From a virus: a DNA stretch of 64,000 bases. Location: positions 23,999 to 87,998 of the IMG/VR virus record IMGVR_UViG_3300036781_000236. One strand, 5' to 3'. Below the pieces are notes generated by a model. That model worked only from the letters and a program-made list of their open reading frames with translations, was not told the DNA's origin and did no database searches. Within the stretch, counting starts at the first letter, position 1, and each line of letters starts with the position of its first letter. Below are positions 1 through 8,869 of this stretch, in pieces. The position numbers were made by a program, and so were the translations under genes.

Positions 1-32
1 TCACGCCCGCGTGAGAGGCCAGCTATACGAAG

Positions 33-119
33 CGGAGGAAGTCGGGATCGAACCGACACAGCCCTTACAGGCCATCGCCCTTTTCGAGAGGGGTAAGCAC
101 GCCAGCCTTGCGTTCCTCC
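33..119 (-). tRNA. tRNA-Ser (CGA)
   Basis: Acceptor GGAGGAA/TTCCTCC, discriminator G, anticodon loop CT-CGA-AA, long variable arm, T-arm GTCGG-TTCGATC-CCGAC. Confidence 0.85.
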
Positions 120-123
120 AAGG

Positions 124-735
124 CGGCGGGAGTGGGATTCGAACCCACGCACCCCGAAGGGCCTAGCGCGCTAGCAACAGAAGTCTCTCTAAGAGACACA
201 CTCAAGCGTGTAATCATTGATCTTACGAACTACCAGAAGATTTCGTGTAATCTCAGCGTGGTGATTCGGACAAATAGCAAACATGTTACCTACCTCGTAT
301 TTACCGCCGTCTTTACCAGGAACAAGCCTATGGATATCAAAGGTTTTAGAATACTCGCACCCTTCAATCATGCAATATGTGAAGAGAAACCTTTCTGACA
401 AAAAATCTAAACGGCGTGTTGAATCATTTCTTGCTGGACGTTCTCTACCTCTTGTTGGTCTTTGTCGCTTAGCGACACAACTCTTACTACAAAACCGTGA
501 CTTTTTTGAAAAGGGCGAAAACTCCTTATCGCAATTCTCACATCTCTTCGTTGGGAGACGGCGTCGCAACCCATCGCATGCCTTTGAGCAATAGACATTT
601 CGGCTAATGACTAACTGACTAGGACGCCTATAAATAGGCGTACTACATACCGAGCACACAGTATTGGGTGTTCTCATCGTCTGCTGTGCCATAGTGTTTC
701 AGCCGTGCCCTCTTGAACCACTTGAGTACCCCGCC
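124..735 (-). tRNA. Split tRNA-Ser (probably GCT): 5' half about 704-735, 3' half about 124-177, interrupted by an HNH ORF
   Basis: 5' half GGCGGGG-TA-CTC-AAGTGGTTCAA-GAG-G-GCACG; 3' half TTGCTAG-CGCGC-variable arm-GTGGG-TTCGAAT-CCCAC-TCCCGCC-G; the two acceptor strands pair. Confidence 0.7.
189..692 (-). CDS. HNH endonuclease with Cys-rich zinc modules, inserted in a tRNA
   Basis: CSVC..YCSKAC and CENC..FCSKSC modules; DIHRLVP-GKDGG-Y..GN...ICPNHH HNH core; AT-richer than flanks. Confidence 0.8.
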   Translation of the reverse strand: MAQQTMRTPNTVCSVCSTPIYRRPSQLVISRNVYCSKACDGLRRRLPTKRCENCDKEFSPFSKKSRFCSKSCVAKRQRPTRGRERPARNDSTRRLDFLSERFLFTYCMIEGCEYSKTFDIHRLVPGKDGGKYEVGNMFAICPNHHAEITRNLLVVRKINDYTLECVS

Positions 736-830
736 GAGAACGGCTATGTGGTGCGGGTACTCATGAGCGGCACATAGTCGGGATGGTACCACGCTTGCGG
801 TGCCCCACCCCTATGTGTAGGGTAGCAACC

Positions 831-1682
831 ATGACACGAAAAACAGTCAACCGCGATAAGCTGGAGGCATGGCTTGACGAGCAAGGTATCGTCGCTGACG
901 TTACGTTGCTGTTCGAGAAGCCACCGAAGGCACCACGCTACGCAGAACGGAACGCCGAAGCCGCACGTCTCTACACCGAAGAACGCCTGACGCTCCAGGA
1001 GATCGGTGACCGCTTCGGTGTCACCCGAGAATCCGTGCGGCTGTGGTTGAAAGCAGCGAACGTACCGAAGGTTGCGGTGCGGTCCCGGACCACGGAGCGC
1101 CGTAACCTGCGGATCGCCGCGCTGGTGGAACGCCGCGACGAGATGCGCGCGATGTACTTCGAGTGCGGTAACACCCCAGCTTTCGCGAAGCGTCTCGGTG
1201 TCGGACCAGCTATCGCGAAAGGGGTGGTAGACGCGGTGATCGGACGGGATGAGTGGCGGTTAGCGAAAGTGTGCGGTGCTCATCGCGTCTCCGACGACCT
1301 CCTCAGTGGCTATCTCCGTGACGCGGCGGCGCAGGTAGGCCAGGATGTGCCTCTCACCTACAAGGCTTACGACGAGATCGCGGAAGCCCGTGGGTGGCCC
1401 ACACACCAGACGTTCGAGTTGAGGTGGGGAGGATGGCGCGACGCCTGTTCCGCGAACGGTGTGCGGTGCAACGACGTTCGACGTTCCTACACTCGTAAGT
1501 GGCCCGCGGAGAAGTGCTGGGAGTGCGTCCGCGGACTCGCCGTCGAAATCGGTCGTGTCCCCACAGTCACCGAGTACGAGCTGTGGAGCAAGGGACATCC
1601 AGACCGTGCGTCGGTTGCGATTGTGCGTCGCCGTATCGGAGGATGGAAGGACGTGATCCGTACCCTCAGCACCGAACTGTGA
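831..1682 (+). CDS. DNA-binding protein: sigma70-region-4-like HTH plus two homing-endonuclease-associated-repeat-like domains
   Basis: TLQEIGDRFGVTRESVRLW HTH; repeats PLTYKAYD...PTHQTFELRWGGW and PTVTEYE...ASVAIVRRRIGGW; leaderless promoter TTGCGG-17-TAGGGT before the ATG at 831. Confidence 0.7.
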   Translation: MTRKTVNRDKLEAWLDEQGIVADVTLLFEKPPKAPRYAERNAEAARLYTEERLTLQEIGDRFGVTRESVRLWLKAANVPKVAVRSRTTERRNLRIAALVERRDEMRAMYFECGNTPAFAKRLGVGPAIAKGVVDAVIGRDEWRLAKVCGAHRVSDDLLSGYLRDAAAQVGQDVPLTYKAYDEIAEARGWPTHQTFELRWGGWRDACSANGVRCNDVRRSYTRKWPAEKCWECVRGLAVEIGRVPTVTEYELWSKGHPDRASVAIVRRRIGGWKDVIRTLSTEL

Positions 1683-1724
1683 ACGTCACGCGGGCGTGAC
1701 AGTCCTGCTATACGATGCTGGTTC

Positions 1725-1807
1725 GCGCGAGTGGTGGAACGGCATACACGATGCGCTCAAAACGCATTGCCCTTCGGGGCTTGAGGGTTCGAATCCCTCC
1801 TCGCGCA
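1725..1807 (+). tRNA. tRNA-Leu (CAA)
   Basis: GCGCGAG/CTCGCGC acceptor, ATGCG-CTCAAAA-CGCAT anticodon arm, long variable arm, GAGGG-TTCGAAT-CCCTC. Confidence 0.92.
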
Positions 1808-1892
1808 CTTAGGTAGAATGGGGCCAGCGGGCGCGAACCCGCCGACCCCGATACGGGGCCACATCACAACCACGACGAAGGAGTAGCCCCGA

Positions 1893-2429
1893 ATGCAGAA
1901 CACTACCGGAGGACTCTGCGAGTGCGGGTGTGGACAGCCAGCTCCTCTTGCTAAGCGGACAGATAGGCGTCAGGGGACTGTCAAAGGAGAGCCACAACGC
2001 TACATACGTGGTCACAGTATGAAGTCTGGACCCGACGATGTACCTCGTGAGTGTGCTTGTGGGTGTGGAAAACTTACTACCCTGAGAAACGGTCATGCCA
2101 AGAAGTTCGTTCACGGGCATAACTCAGAAGTACGAAATATTACAGAGGCAGACTACACCGTAACCGAAACTGGATTCGGTACACCTTGTTGGATTTGGAA
2201 TCGAACCACTAGCGAGGGGCGCGGTAAAGTACAGATTGACAAGAAGAAGACATACCCATATCGTGTCTTGTACACAATGCTAGTCGGAGAAATACCGCAA
2301 GGCTATGTGCTACATCATCTATGTGAGAACCCGCTATGTGTCAACCCCGAACATCTCCAACCAATGACTCAATCAAAACATATTAAACTACATCGAATAC
2401 CTGGGCATAACCGAAGATCAGATTCCTAA
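1893..2429 (+). CDS. HNH endonuclease with CxCGCG repeats
   Basis: CECGCG/CACGCG repeats, TPCWIW, LHHLCENPLCVNPEHL; RBS AAGGAG. Confidence 0.85.
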   Translation: MQNTTGGLCECGCGQPAPLAKRTDRRQGTVKGEPQRYIRGHSMKSGPDDVPRECACGCGKLTTLRNGHAKKFVHGHNSEVRNITEADYTVTETGFGTPCWIWNRTTSEGRGKVQIDKKKTYPYRVLYTMLVGEIPQGYVLHHLCENPLCVNPEHLQPMTQSKHIKLHRIPGHNRRSDS

Positions 2430-3683
2430 ATCGTTCATTCCTAATAGTGATGCGCAACTAGCATCGCCGCTAGTATTACCGATTGGGCGACTATAACCCT
2501 GTACGTCTGGACTCCAAACTGCGGCGCGCATCTTCGCGCGCGTTCGGTTGTACGCCGACAGGAACGCGTCAACTGCGACCAGACCAGTCCCAGTGTTGGA
2601 GAAGAAATCAGCGAGCAACTCTCTCTCCACCTCGATTCCTTGCCGGGTGACCTTGGTGACGCCAGCGGGGAGCACGCAGTCCTCACCGTCACCGCACGCG
2701 AGGTACAGCTGACACGCCATCTGCTTCGCGGCCTGCAACCCCAACGGTGGCGGCGGGACACCCCACAAGTAGTCCACCGAGAACGTGCCTGGCTGGTCAT
2801 CGTTCAGATCGAGCGCCTGGCATGACGGCCAGAATCCTTGGATGTACGTGGAGTCCGGTGTCGCTCCAGGGAGGCTCATGCGGGTCAGGTACCGCCACTC
2901 ATCGAGCCGGTAGCAGTCGGGGTCAAGCACCTCACCGTTGATCGTCACCTTCAAGATTTGCCGTACGGGGTAGCCGGACAAGCGCACACGGCTAAGTCCG
3001 TTGCAGCCCATCTGCTGACCGTTCTCGTTCCACCATCCCCACCCTGCCCCGTAGCCGCCGCCCCACGCGTACCCGCCCGCGTAACCACCGGGCAGCCACA
3101 GCCACGGCCCTAGCCCGGACGCCCACGAGCACCCGCACGCCTGGTTCATCGGCCGGACGTGAGCGTGAGTCAACCCTGGGAACTGACGACCGGACATTTG
3201 GTACAGCAGCATCCCCGCCTCCACGGCGACCATGTCCCACACCGCCGCGTTATCCGCGTACGTCGCGGAGCAGCACGCGGCTGCTTCCTGCCCCGTGATC
3301 CAGTTCACCGTTGGCCCCTCGACAGGCATCGGCGGAATGGTGCTGACGGGGCCATACGGGGTGTACACGTAGCCTTGCAACTGGAACTCGTACACCGTCA
3401 CACCGTTCACTTCGGTGACGTTCACGAACCCAGCGGACCCACCGAGATAGAGGGACGCCCAGTTCCCGTAGGCGGCGCTAACGGCCGTCTCGACCTGCGC
3501 CTGCGTAGATCCTTCCGCCAACAAACCCACCTTGTCGGTGCCCCACCCTGTCGTAGAACCACCCTCGAAGTACGCGCACACGATCCACCCGACGGTGCCC
3601 TCTGTCTGTTCGCTGAAATACTGCTCCCACGTCGGGGTGGCTAGACACGACTCGTACGGTGGGTAGGGAGGCAGGACGCTCAT
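2418..3683 (-). CDS. Head-to-tail adaptor with N-terminal extension
   Basis: LYQMSGRQF...VRP..C.C, LDPDCYRLD, WPSCQ, ACQLYLAC, LPAGVTKVTRQG pattern of actinophage adaptors; follows tail tube gene. Confidence 0.7.
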   Translation of the reverse strand: MSVLPPYPPYESCLATPTWEQYFSEQTEGTVGWIVCAYFEGGSTTGWGTDKVGLLAEGSTQAQVETAVSAAYGNWASLYLGGSAGFVNVTEVNGVTVYEFQLQGYVYTPYGPVSTIPPMPVEGPTVNWITGQEAAACCSATYADNAAVWDMVAVEAGMLLYQMSGRQFPGLTHAHVRPMNQACGCSWASGLGPWLWLPGGYAGGYAWGGGYGAGWGWWNENGQQMGCNGLSRVRLSGYPVRQILKVTINGEVLDPDCYRLDEWRYLTRMSLPGATPDSTYIQGFWPSCQALDLNDDQPGTFSVDYLWGVPPPPLGLQAAKQMACQLYLACGDGEDCVLPAGVTKVTRQGIEVERELLADFFSNTGTGLVAVDAFLSAYNRTRAKMRAAVWSPDVQGYSRPIGNTSGDASCASLLGMNDLGI

Positions 3684-3698
3684 AGGGTCACATGGTAC

Positions 3699-3728
3699 GG
3701 GCGGGGCCAGCCAACGCTAGCCCCGCCC
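3699..3728. terminator. Hairpin after major tail gene
   Basis: GGGCGGGGC...GCCCCGCCC inverted repeat. Confidence 0.55.
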
Positions 3729-3739
3729 ACACGACCTTC

Positions 3740-4396
3740 TTAGGTCGTTGCCTGCGTCTGCCAACCGCACTCGGCGGTCGGGATGGTGGTGTCGTAGAAC
3801 CACCCTCCGGTCGCAGCGATGGCCTGCGGCTGATCACCGAAGATCCCCTCACCCCAGTTCGGGTTCGACCGCGTCCACGCCGTCAGCTTCGGCTGGTTGA
3901 AGTCCATCTGCAACGAGAAGTCGCTCATCTGCCAGTACGACGACGGCCAGATGTACCGGGTGTACGGGAAGTCCGTCACCTGATGGTCGTCCTGCCAGTT
4001 GTCCTGCCACGCCTCGATAGCGACGTTCGGCTGCGTCGGGGCGGCACAGTCAAGCTGGTTCGGCCAGTTCATGCCGATGGCGGCACCGTCCTGCATGATC
4101 GACGTTCCGCCCGTCAGGATCTCTTCCAGGCCCGGCTCCACCAGACCCTGGTCAAGCTCAAGCGTGAAATACTTGAGCTTGTCGTACCCGTGGTAGAACG
4201 CGATGATGCAGTCACACCCGCCGATCAGCGGCTTGTCCACTCCGGCCTCGATAGCAGGCTTAGCGGAAAGCATGATCGAGTTGTCCGACACGTACACGTT
4301 GTTCGGTCCCGGAGAAGGGTTCCCGAGACTATCAAGGCGCGTGATACGAACCGCACAGATTTTGATCTGAGCAAAGCACTCAGCAGCAGCAGCCAT
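3740..4396 (-). CDS. Major tail (tube) protein
   Basis: CAVRITRLDSLGNP...YVSD, VAIEAW, YIWP, TRSNPNWGEG pattern; strong RBS AAGGAGG; synteny. Confidence 0.75.
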   Translation of the reverse strand: MAAAAECFAQIKICAVRITRLDSLGNPSPGPNNVYVSDNSIMLSAKPAIEAGVDKPLIGGCDCIIAFYHGYDKLKYFTLELDQGLVEPGLEEILTGGTSIMQDGAAIGMNWPNQLDCAAPTQPNVAIEAWQDNWQDDHQVTDFPYTRYIWPSSYWQMSDFSLQMDFNQPKLTAWTRSNPNWGEGIFGDQPQAIAATGGWFYDTTIPTAECGWQTQATT

Positions 4397-4464
4397 TTCT
4401 ATTCCTCCTTCCGGGAGATGTATTGCGGGAAACCCCCCACTATTGTGGGAGGAAGTTTGTTAGG

Positions 4465-5430
4465 TCAGTCTGCCCCGTCGCATTTGATGTAACAACGGTC
4501 AACCAGAACCGCAGCGTGAATAGCCAGGTCGTAACTCACGACGTAATAGCGCTCGGCCCGGTAGGTGATGCTGTTCGGGACATTGTTCGTTGCTCCCATG
4601 CCGCGGTCGAGTGCTTCGCTCACGTTGTCCGGCTGCGTGAACAACTCCGAACGCCGGATATTGATCGCGCCGGTCGCGTAAATCCACTCCTGCGTACCTG
4701 ACGGCGCGGGGTGGTTCGCGGGATGGGACTCCTCCTGGTTCGCCAATGCGTACCCGAAGTCCGGGATCACGATGTTCCCGTTCAACGTGCGGATGTACCC
4801 AGCGCGGTTGTCGATACGGAACTGCCCCATGATCGTCGCCGCCGCCGGGGTCATGTGGATCACACCGAGCTTCCCCGACATGGCCGCGATGTAGTTCTCC
4901 AGGGTCGCCACACCGTTCACGACGCTGGTAGGTGTGTTGCCGAGCGGGAACGCGGTGTTCACACCATCCGCCAAGTGCGGGTTCGCGGGGATACGTGCCC
5001 CAGTCATAAACTCGTATGCGACAGCGGCACCATCCACCGCCGACAGGGCGACGTTGGCGCGGGCCTTGAACAACTCCTGCCCCTGGTCCCCGGCCCACGA
5101 CACACGAGCCGACGTACACGTCTCGGCAAGCCACACCGTCATCGCGCCGAACGTCGGGTTCTCCAACGTTTCGCCGAAGCCCTTCGTCGTCGCGACGCTC
5201 CCTGGTGCGCACGGGTCATACACGTCCCCCAAATCGGGCGGGTACGGGTACACCGCGACACCGTTGATCCAACGCTCCACACCGTCCGCGTCCACATCCG
5301 GTGTCACCAAGGTCACACCAGGTTCGCTCGCCGTCATCGCGGCCTGCAACAACCCGAACTGCTGCGGAACCGGAGCAGGTCCGTCAACGCGCCAGAGGGG
5401 GCCGAAACCGACGGTCTGGGTGCTGCTCAC
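4465..5430 (-). CDS. Major capsid pentamer-type protein
   Basis: P..FGLL start, GVIHMTP, IRTLNGN..IPDFGY, WIYATGAI, RAER.YVV motifs; downstream of hexamer gene; GTG start with RBS. Confidence 0.7.
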   Translation of the reverse strand: MSSTQTVGFGPLWRVDGPAPVPQQFGLLQAAMTASEPGVTLVTPDVDADGVERWINGVAVYPYPPDLGDVYDPCAPGSVATTKGFGETLENPTFGAMTVWLAETCTSARVSWAGDQGQELFKARANVALSAVDGAAVAYEFMTGARIPANPHLADGVNTAFPLGNTPTSVVNGVATLENYIAAMSGKLGVIHMTPAAATIMGQFRIDNRAGYIRTLNGNIVIPDFGYALANQEESHPANHPAPSGTQEWIYATGAINIRRSELFTQPDNVSEALDRGMGATNNVPNSITYRAERYYVVSYDLAIHAAVLVDRCYIKCDGAD

Positions 5431-5615
5431 GTGGTCACCCCCGGAAGGGGTGTTGCGGCAGCCGCCCCGAACCATCCGGCCGCCGCAACCCTGAATCCAA
5501 CAAAGGATGCTTTCTCAAACAGAAAGAAACAGAAGCGGTGTGTGTTATAGTTGGGCCGTAGCGTTGACGCGCTACGGCCCATGCAGGCCAGTCCACCATC
5601 GAGAGGAACGAACCT

Positions 5616-6311
5616 ATGAGTAACCCTACCGGAATCTGCAAGTGCGGATGCGGACAGAAGACGACCGTCTCGGAGTACACGTGGGCCAAGTACGGCTACG
5701 TGAAGGGAGAACCGCGCGACTACCTCAAGGGTCACAGCGGACGTGGCAAGCGCTTGAGCGACCCGTCGAAGGATCTTCCCGTGAACCACAACGGCCTGTG
5801 CCTCTGCGGCTGCGGGGAGAAAACACCTATCGCGACCTACACAAATCGTCCCCTCGGGATCTACGAAGGCATGCCCGTTCGTCACATACGAGGACACCAG
5901 AGCAAGCAAAGAAAGAACCTTGAACGCTACAAGGTCACGAACACGGGATTCGAGACTCCATGCTGGCTTTGGACTGGACCCATCGACGTTCAGGGATACG
6001 GAAAGCATGGAGGACGTTCCCAAGTTGCTCACAAGGCAGTTTACGAGAGCATCCGAGGAACCGTTCAGCGTGGTCTTTTCCTTCATCACAAATGCGAACA
6101 GAAGTCGTGTGTGAACCCAGACCACCTCGAACCACTTTCTCGCTCCGAACATATGAGAGAGCACGCCTTGATGCGTATTTCTGAGGACAAGATCGAAGCT
6201 ATACGCCGTGACGTTTCCGGGGATATTCCCAGAGGAACCGCACGTCGAGTCGCTGAGAAACACGATGTCAGCTACGCACTTGTTTGGCGCATCTGGAAAG
6301 GTCAGAGGTAG
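5616..6311 (+). CDS. HNH endonuclease with CxCGCG repeats and C-terminal HTH
   Basis: CKCGCG/CLCGCG, TPCWLW, LHHKCEQKSCVNPDHL; paralog of 1893-2429. Confidence 0.85.
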   Translation: MSNPTGICKCGCGQKTTVSEYTWAKYGYVKGEPRDYLKGHSGRGKRLSDPSKDLPVNHNGLCLCGCGEKTPIATYTNRPLGIYEGMPVRHIRGHQSKQRKNLERYKVTNTGFETPCWLWTGPIDVQGYGKHGGRSQVAHKAVYESIRGTVQRGLFLHHKCEQKSCVNPDHLEPLSRSEHMREHALMRISEDKIEAIRRDVSGDIPRGTARRVAEKHDVSYALVWRIWKGQR

Positions 6312-6324
6312 AGAATTTGGACGC

Positions 6325-6354
6325 GAGGGGAGTCCCAATGATGGGACTCCCCTC
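6325..6354. terminator. Bidirectional hairpin terminator
   Basis: Perfect 13-bp stem GAGGGGAGTCCCA-ATGA-TGGGACTCCCCTC between convergent HNH and capsid genes. Confidence 0.75.
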
Positions 6355-6396
6355 TTCGACCCAAGATTCACGAACGCGGACAGCTTCGGTTCCTTA

Positions 6397-8328
6397 TCAG
6401 GAAGCAGTCGCGTAGGTGTATGGGCAATTGTGATCAGCATAGGGAGCTGCGACGCGTCCGCTGTCACAAGTGCTTGACACAATAGCGAGAGACTGAATCC
6501 CCACGAAAGCAGAATTCTCAAAGCTCTCACCAAATAGCTGAAATACGTTGGTGCTGTTCAACACGGAGTCGCGGACGATTCCGAGTTCGAGGACTCCGCC
6601 GTCGAGGAACAGATGGCTGCCCTCGGGGAAGAGGTACATGACGACGTTGGACGGGAACGTGTTGAGGACGCCTGCGCCCTGGGTGGCGAACACCTGTCCG
6701 CGTCCTGCTGCGCTGTCGATGTAGTACGTCGGCTCGATGTTGAAGCTGCGGAACAGTGCGGTGACCTTCGCCTCCGTGGTGTCGAACCGCTCGAACTGGC
6801 TGCGGATAACGTCGGAGACGATCAGGTCGACTGCCCAGAACGGCAGCATGAGCCGGAGGATGGCGGTGGGGTCCATGCGGTTCGCGGACCGGACACCGTT
6901 CGCGGCTGCGAGCACCTGCGAGAAGATCGTCGCGGACGCCCCAAGCCCGAGCGAACCGGCGGTGACCTGGGTGCTGTTCGTGTCGATCTGGGTGAGGAGG
7001 TTCGCCTCAGCGAGCCGTGCGTGTGCCGCGAGCGTGGTTTCGGATGCCTGAGCGACCTGCTCCGGGAAGGAGCGGGCACCGAGGTTCCCGAACTGCAAGC
7101 AGTGGTAGATGATGTCCACGTCGGTCTGGACGACTGGAGGGCAGACGACGGTGAGGCACGACTTCTGCGCGGAGGAGCCACCGGCGGCGTCCTGCGCTTC
7201 CGTGATCAGGCCGACGGCGGACGAGAAGGCGCTGAGTCCGGCGGGCTGGACGAAGATGATGCCGCCGCGGTCAGCGTTGAACGACGGCAACGCTGCCTGG
7301 ACGGGCCGCATCGGCGTCGAGAGCATCTGGAGGTTGTAGTACGGCGTCACGGGGTTGCAGAGACCACCGGCTGCGACCAGCGACTGGTCGTAGGGGTTTT
7401 CGATCTGTGCGCGCTTCAGCTTCTCGAACTGCGTCTTGATGCGCTTCGGGTCGGTGACGGACGCAACAAGCGCCATGTCATCCGTCAGACTCTCGCCCGT
7501 GAGGTGGCGATCCTCGGGATAGGTGTGCCGCCAGTCGGCGCGGGCAACGACATCGTTCTCGCGCATTCCTTCCGGGATGTGACCGTAGGAACGAAGGCGA
7601 TCCTGCATGACCTTCGCGACCTCGGTCATCGAATCGAACGCCTCACCAAGAGGCTTGATGTTCGACACCGCTGCACCAGCGGTGAGCGTCACCTTCGCGG
7701 AGCGATGCTCGCGTGGGACGTTCCCGCCGACGGGACGCGGAAGCGGGACACGAACCTGGGCGGCAGCCGTGACAGTCTCGGCCTGCGTCTTGCCCTTCGC
7801 CTTCGCCTTACCGCGAACGTTCGGCATGACCTTCTCACCCGCGGGGATACCGTCGGTCTCGCCTTCGGTGTCCTCGTCGTCCTCAGTGTCCTTCATCGCG
7901 GCCTCCGCGGCGAGCGCGGCAAGTTCGGCGTCCACGTCGGCACCCTCAGCGCCCTCCGTGTCAGCGGTCTCGTCGGTCTCGACCTCGGTGGTGTCTTCCG
8001 CCTCGGCGGTGACACGCGACGCAAGCTCGGTGCGGATCGCGCCAAGCGACTCGACAGCGGCCTTCGCCTCGGCGAGCAGGTCGGCGGGGGTGTACTCGTC
8101 CGTGACGAACTCGGCGGCGTTGTCGCGTGCGGCCTGGACACCAGCGACGATGCTCGCCTCAAGTGCGGAAAGCTCGTCGGCGCTCAGCGCCGAAAGATCG
8201 GTGGGAACGTCCGGGAAAAGGTTGTCGTCGGCGTCGCTGCCGCCGCGCATGACAGGGATCACACGGCCGCGGTAGACGCGGGCGAGGCCCTGCTCGATCA
8301 GATGCTGCTGGTGCGGGTTCATAGCCAT
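6397..8328 (-). CDS. Major capsid hexamer-type protein with acidic N-terminal scaffold-like region
   Basis: SLVAAGGLCNP..PYY, LPSFNADRGG, CLQFGN..ARSFPE, FLDGGVLELGIVRDS.LN..N motifs of Rosebush-like capsids. Confidence 0.85.
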   Translation of the reverse strand: MAMNPHQQHLIEQGLARVYRGRVIPVMRGGSDADDNLFPDVPTDLSALSADELSALEASIVAGVQAARDNAAEFVTDEYTPADLLAEAKAAVESLGAIRTELASRVTAEAEDTTEVETDETADTEGAEGADVDAELAALAAEAAMKDTEDDEDTEGETDGIPAGEKVMPNVRGKAKAKGKTQAETVTAAAQVRVPLPRPVGGNVPREHRSAKVTLTAGAAVSNIKPLGEAFDSMTEVAKVMQDRLRSYGHIPEGMRENDVVARADWRHTYPEDRHLTGESLTDDMALVASVTDPKRIKTQFEKLKRAQIENPYDQSLVAAGGLCNPVTPYYNLQMLSTPMRPVQAALPSFNADRGGIIFVQPAGLSAFSSAVGLITEAQDAAGGSSAQKSCLTVVCPPVVQTDVDIIYHCLQFGNLGARSFPEQVAQASETTLAAHARLAEANLLTQIDTNSTQVTAGSLGLGASATIFSQVLAAANGVRSANRMDPTAILRLMLPFWAVDLIVSDVIRSQFERFDTTEAKVTALFRSFNIEPTYYIDSAAGRGQVFATQGAGVLNTFPSNVVMYLFPEGSHLFLDGGVLELGIVRDSVLNSTNVFQLFGESFENSAFVGIQSLAIVSSTCDSGRVAAPYADHNCPYTYATAS

Positions 8329-8451
8329 TCCTCCTGGCGCAAAGTTGAAGTTCTCGGTTTGCGCTAGGCGGCTATGACGCCGAGCTACCCAGGAACGACT
8401 ATGGCGTTCGGGTGGGTACGCAGAATCTTACCGTGGTGCGTGGTGGCGTCC

Positions 8452-8509
8452 CTCAACCAGCGGTCGAGTGTTGTCACGCGGGCGTGACGGCATGTATCCT
8501 GCTATGCGA
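8452..8509 (+). promoter_or_regulatory. Promoter with C, A and B motifs
   Basis: CTCAACC-agc-GGTCGAG, 5 bp, TCACGCGGGCGTGA; TTGTCA-18-TATCCT; ATG at 8504. Confidence 0.65.
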
Positions 8510-8869
8510 ATGTCGAGGAACATCGTTCATCCCGAGACGGCAGAGAGAAACCGCACGGTAGGTCTTCCTGGCGGTTACACCTTCAACTCCTACACGCCAG
8601 ACGACTACGAAGGCATCACGCTTTCGTTCGGATGCGTCAGGATCGGCGATCACGCGCACATCCTTGTTGAGTCAGGCCGCGTTCTAAGGATTGTCGCAGG
8701 TGATAGCTGCCCGACCGCCAGAACTGGCGGCGCGGGAAAGCTTGTGTTGCGATGGCATGAATGGCTTGTGCTACGCGAGGTTTTGGACGCCGATCCTCGC
8801 ATCCGCATAGCTGAGATTGAGAAGCCAACCACCAAGATGGCGGCACGACACGCAGGAGGGAAGCAATGA
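8504..8869 (+). CDS. Hypothetical protein
   Basis: ORF after promoter, ATGA-coupled to the next gene. Confidence 0.6.
   Translation: MRMSRNIVHPETAERNRTVGLPGGYTFNSYTPDDYEGITLSFGCVRIGDHAHILVESGRVLRIVAGDSCPTARTGGAGKLVLRWHEWLVLREVLDADPRIRIAEIEKPTTKMAARHAGGKQ

Noticed and set aside
741-780. Hairpin CGGCTATGTG...CACATAGTCG upstream of the split tRNA
   Set aside because: No tRNA or other recognisable features; probably leader structure
5427-6533. 368-aa minus-strand ORF spanning the HNH and ending at the pentamer start
   Set aside because: No recognisable protein features or RBS, and crossed by a strong hairpin; likely a shadow, though a ribosome-relay role cannot be excluded
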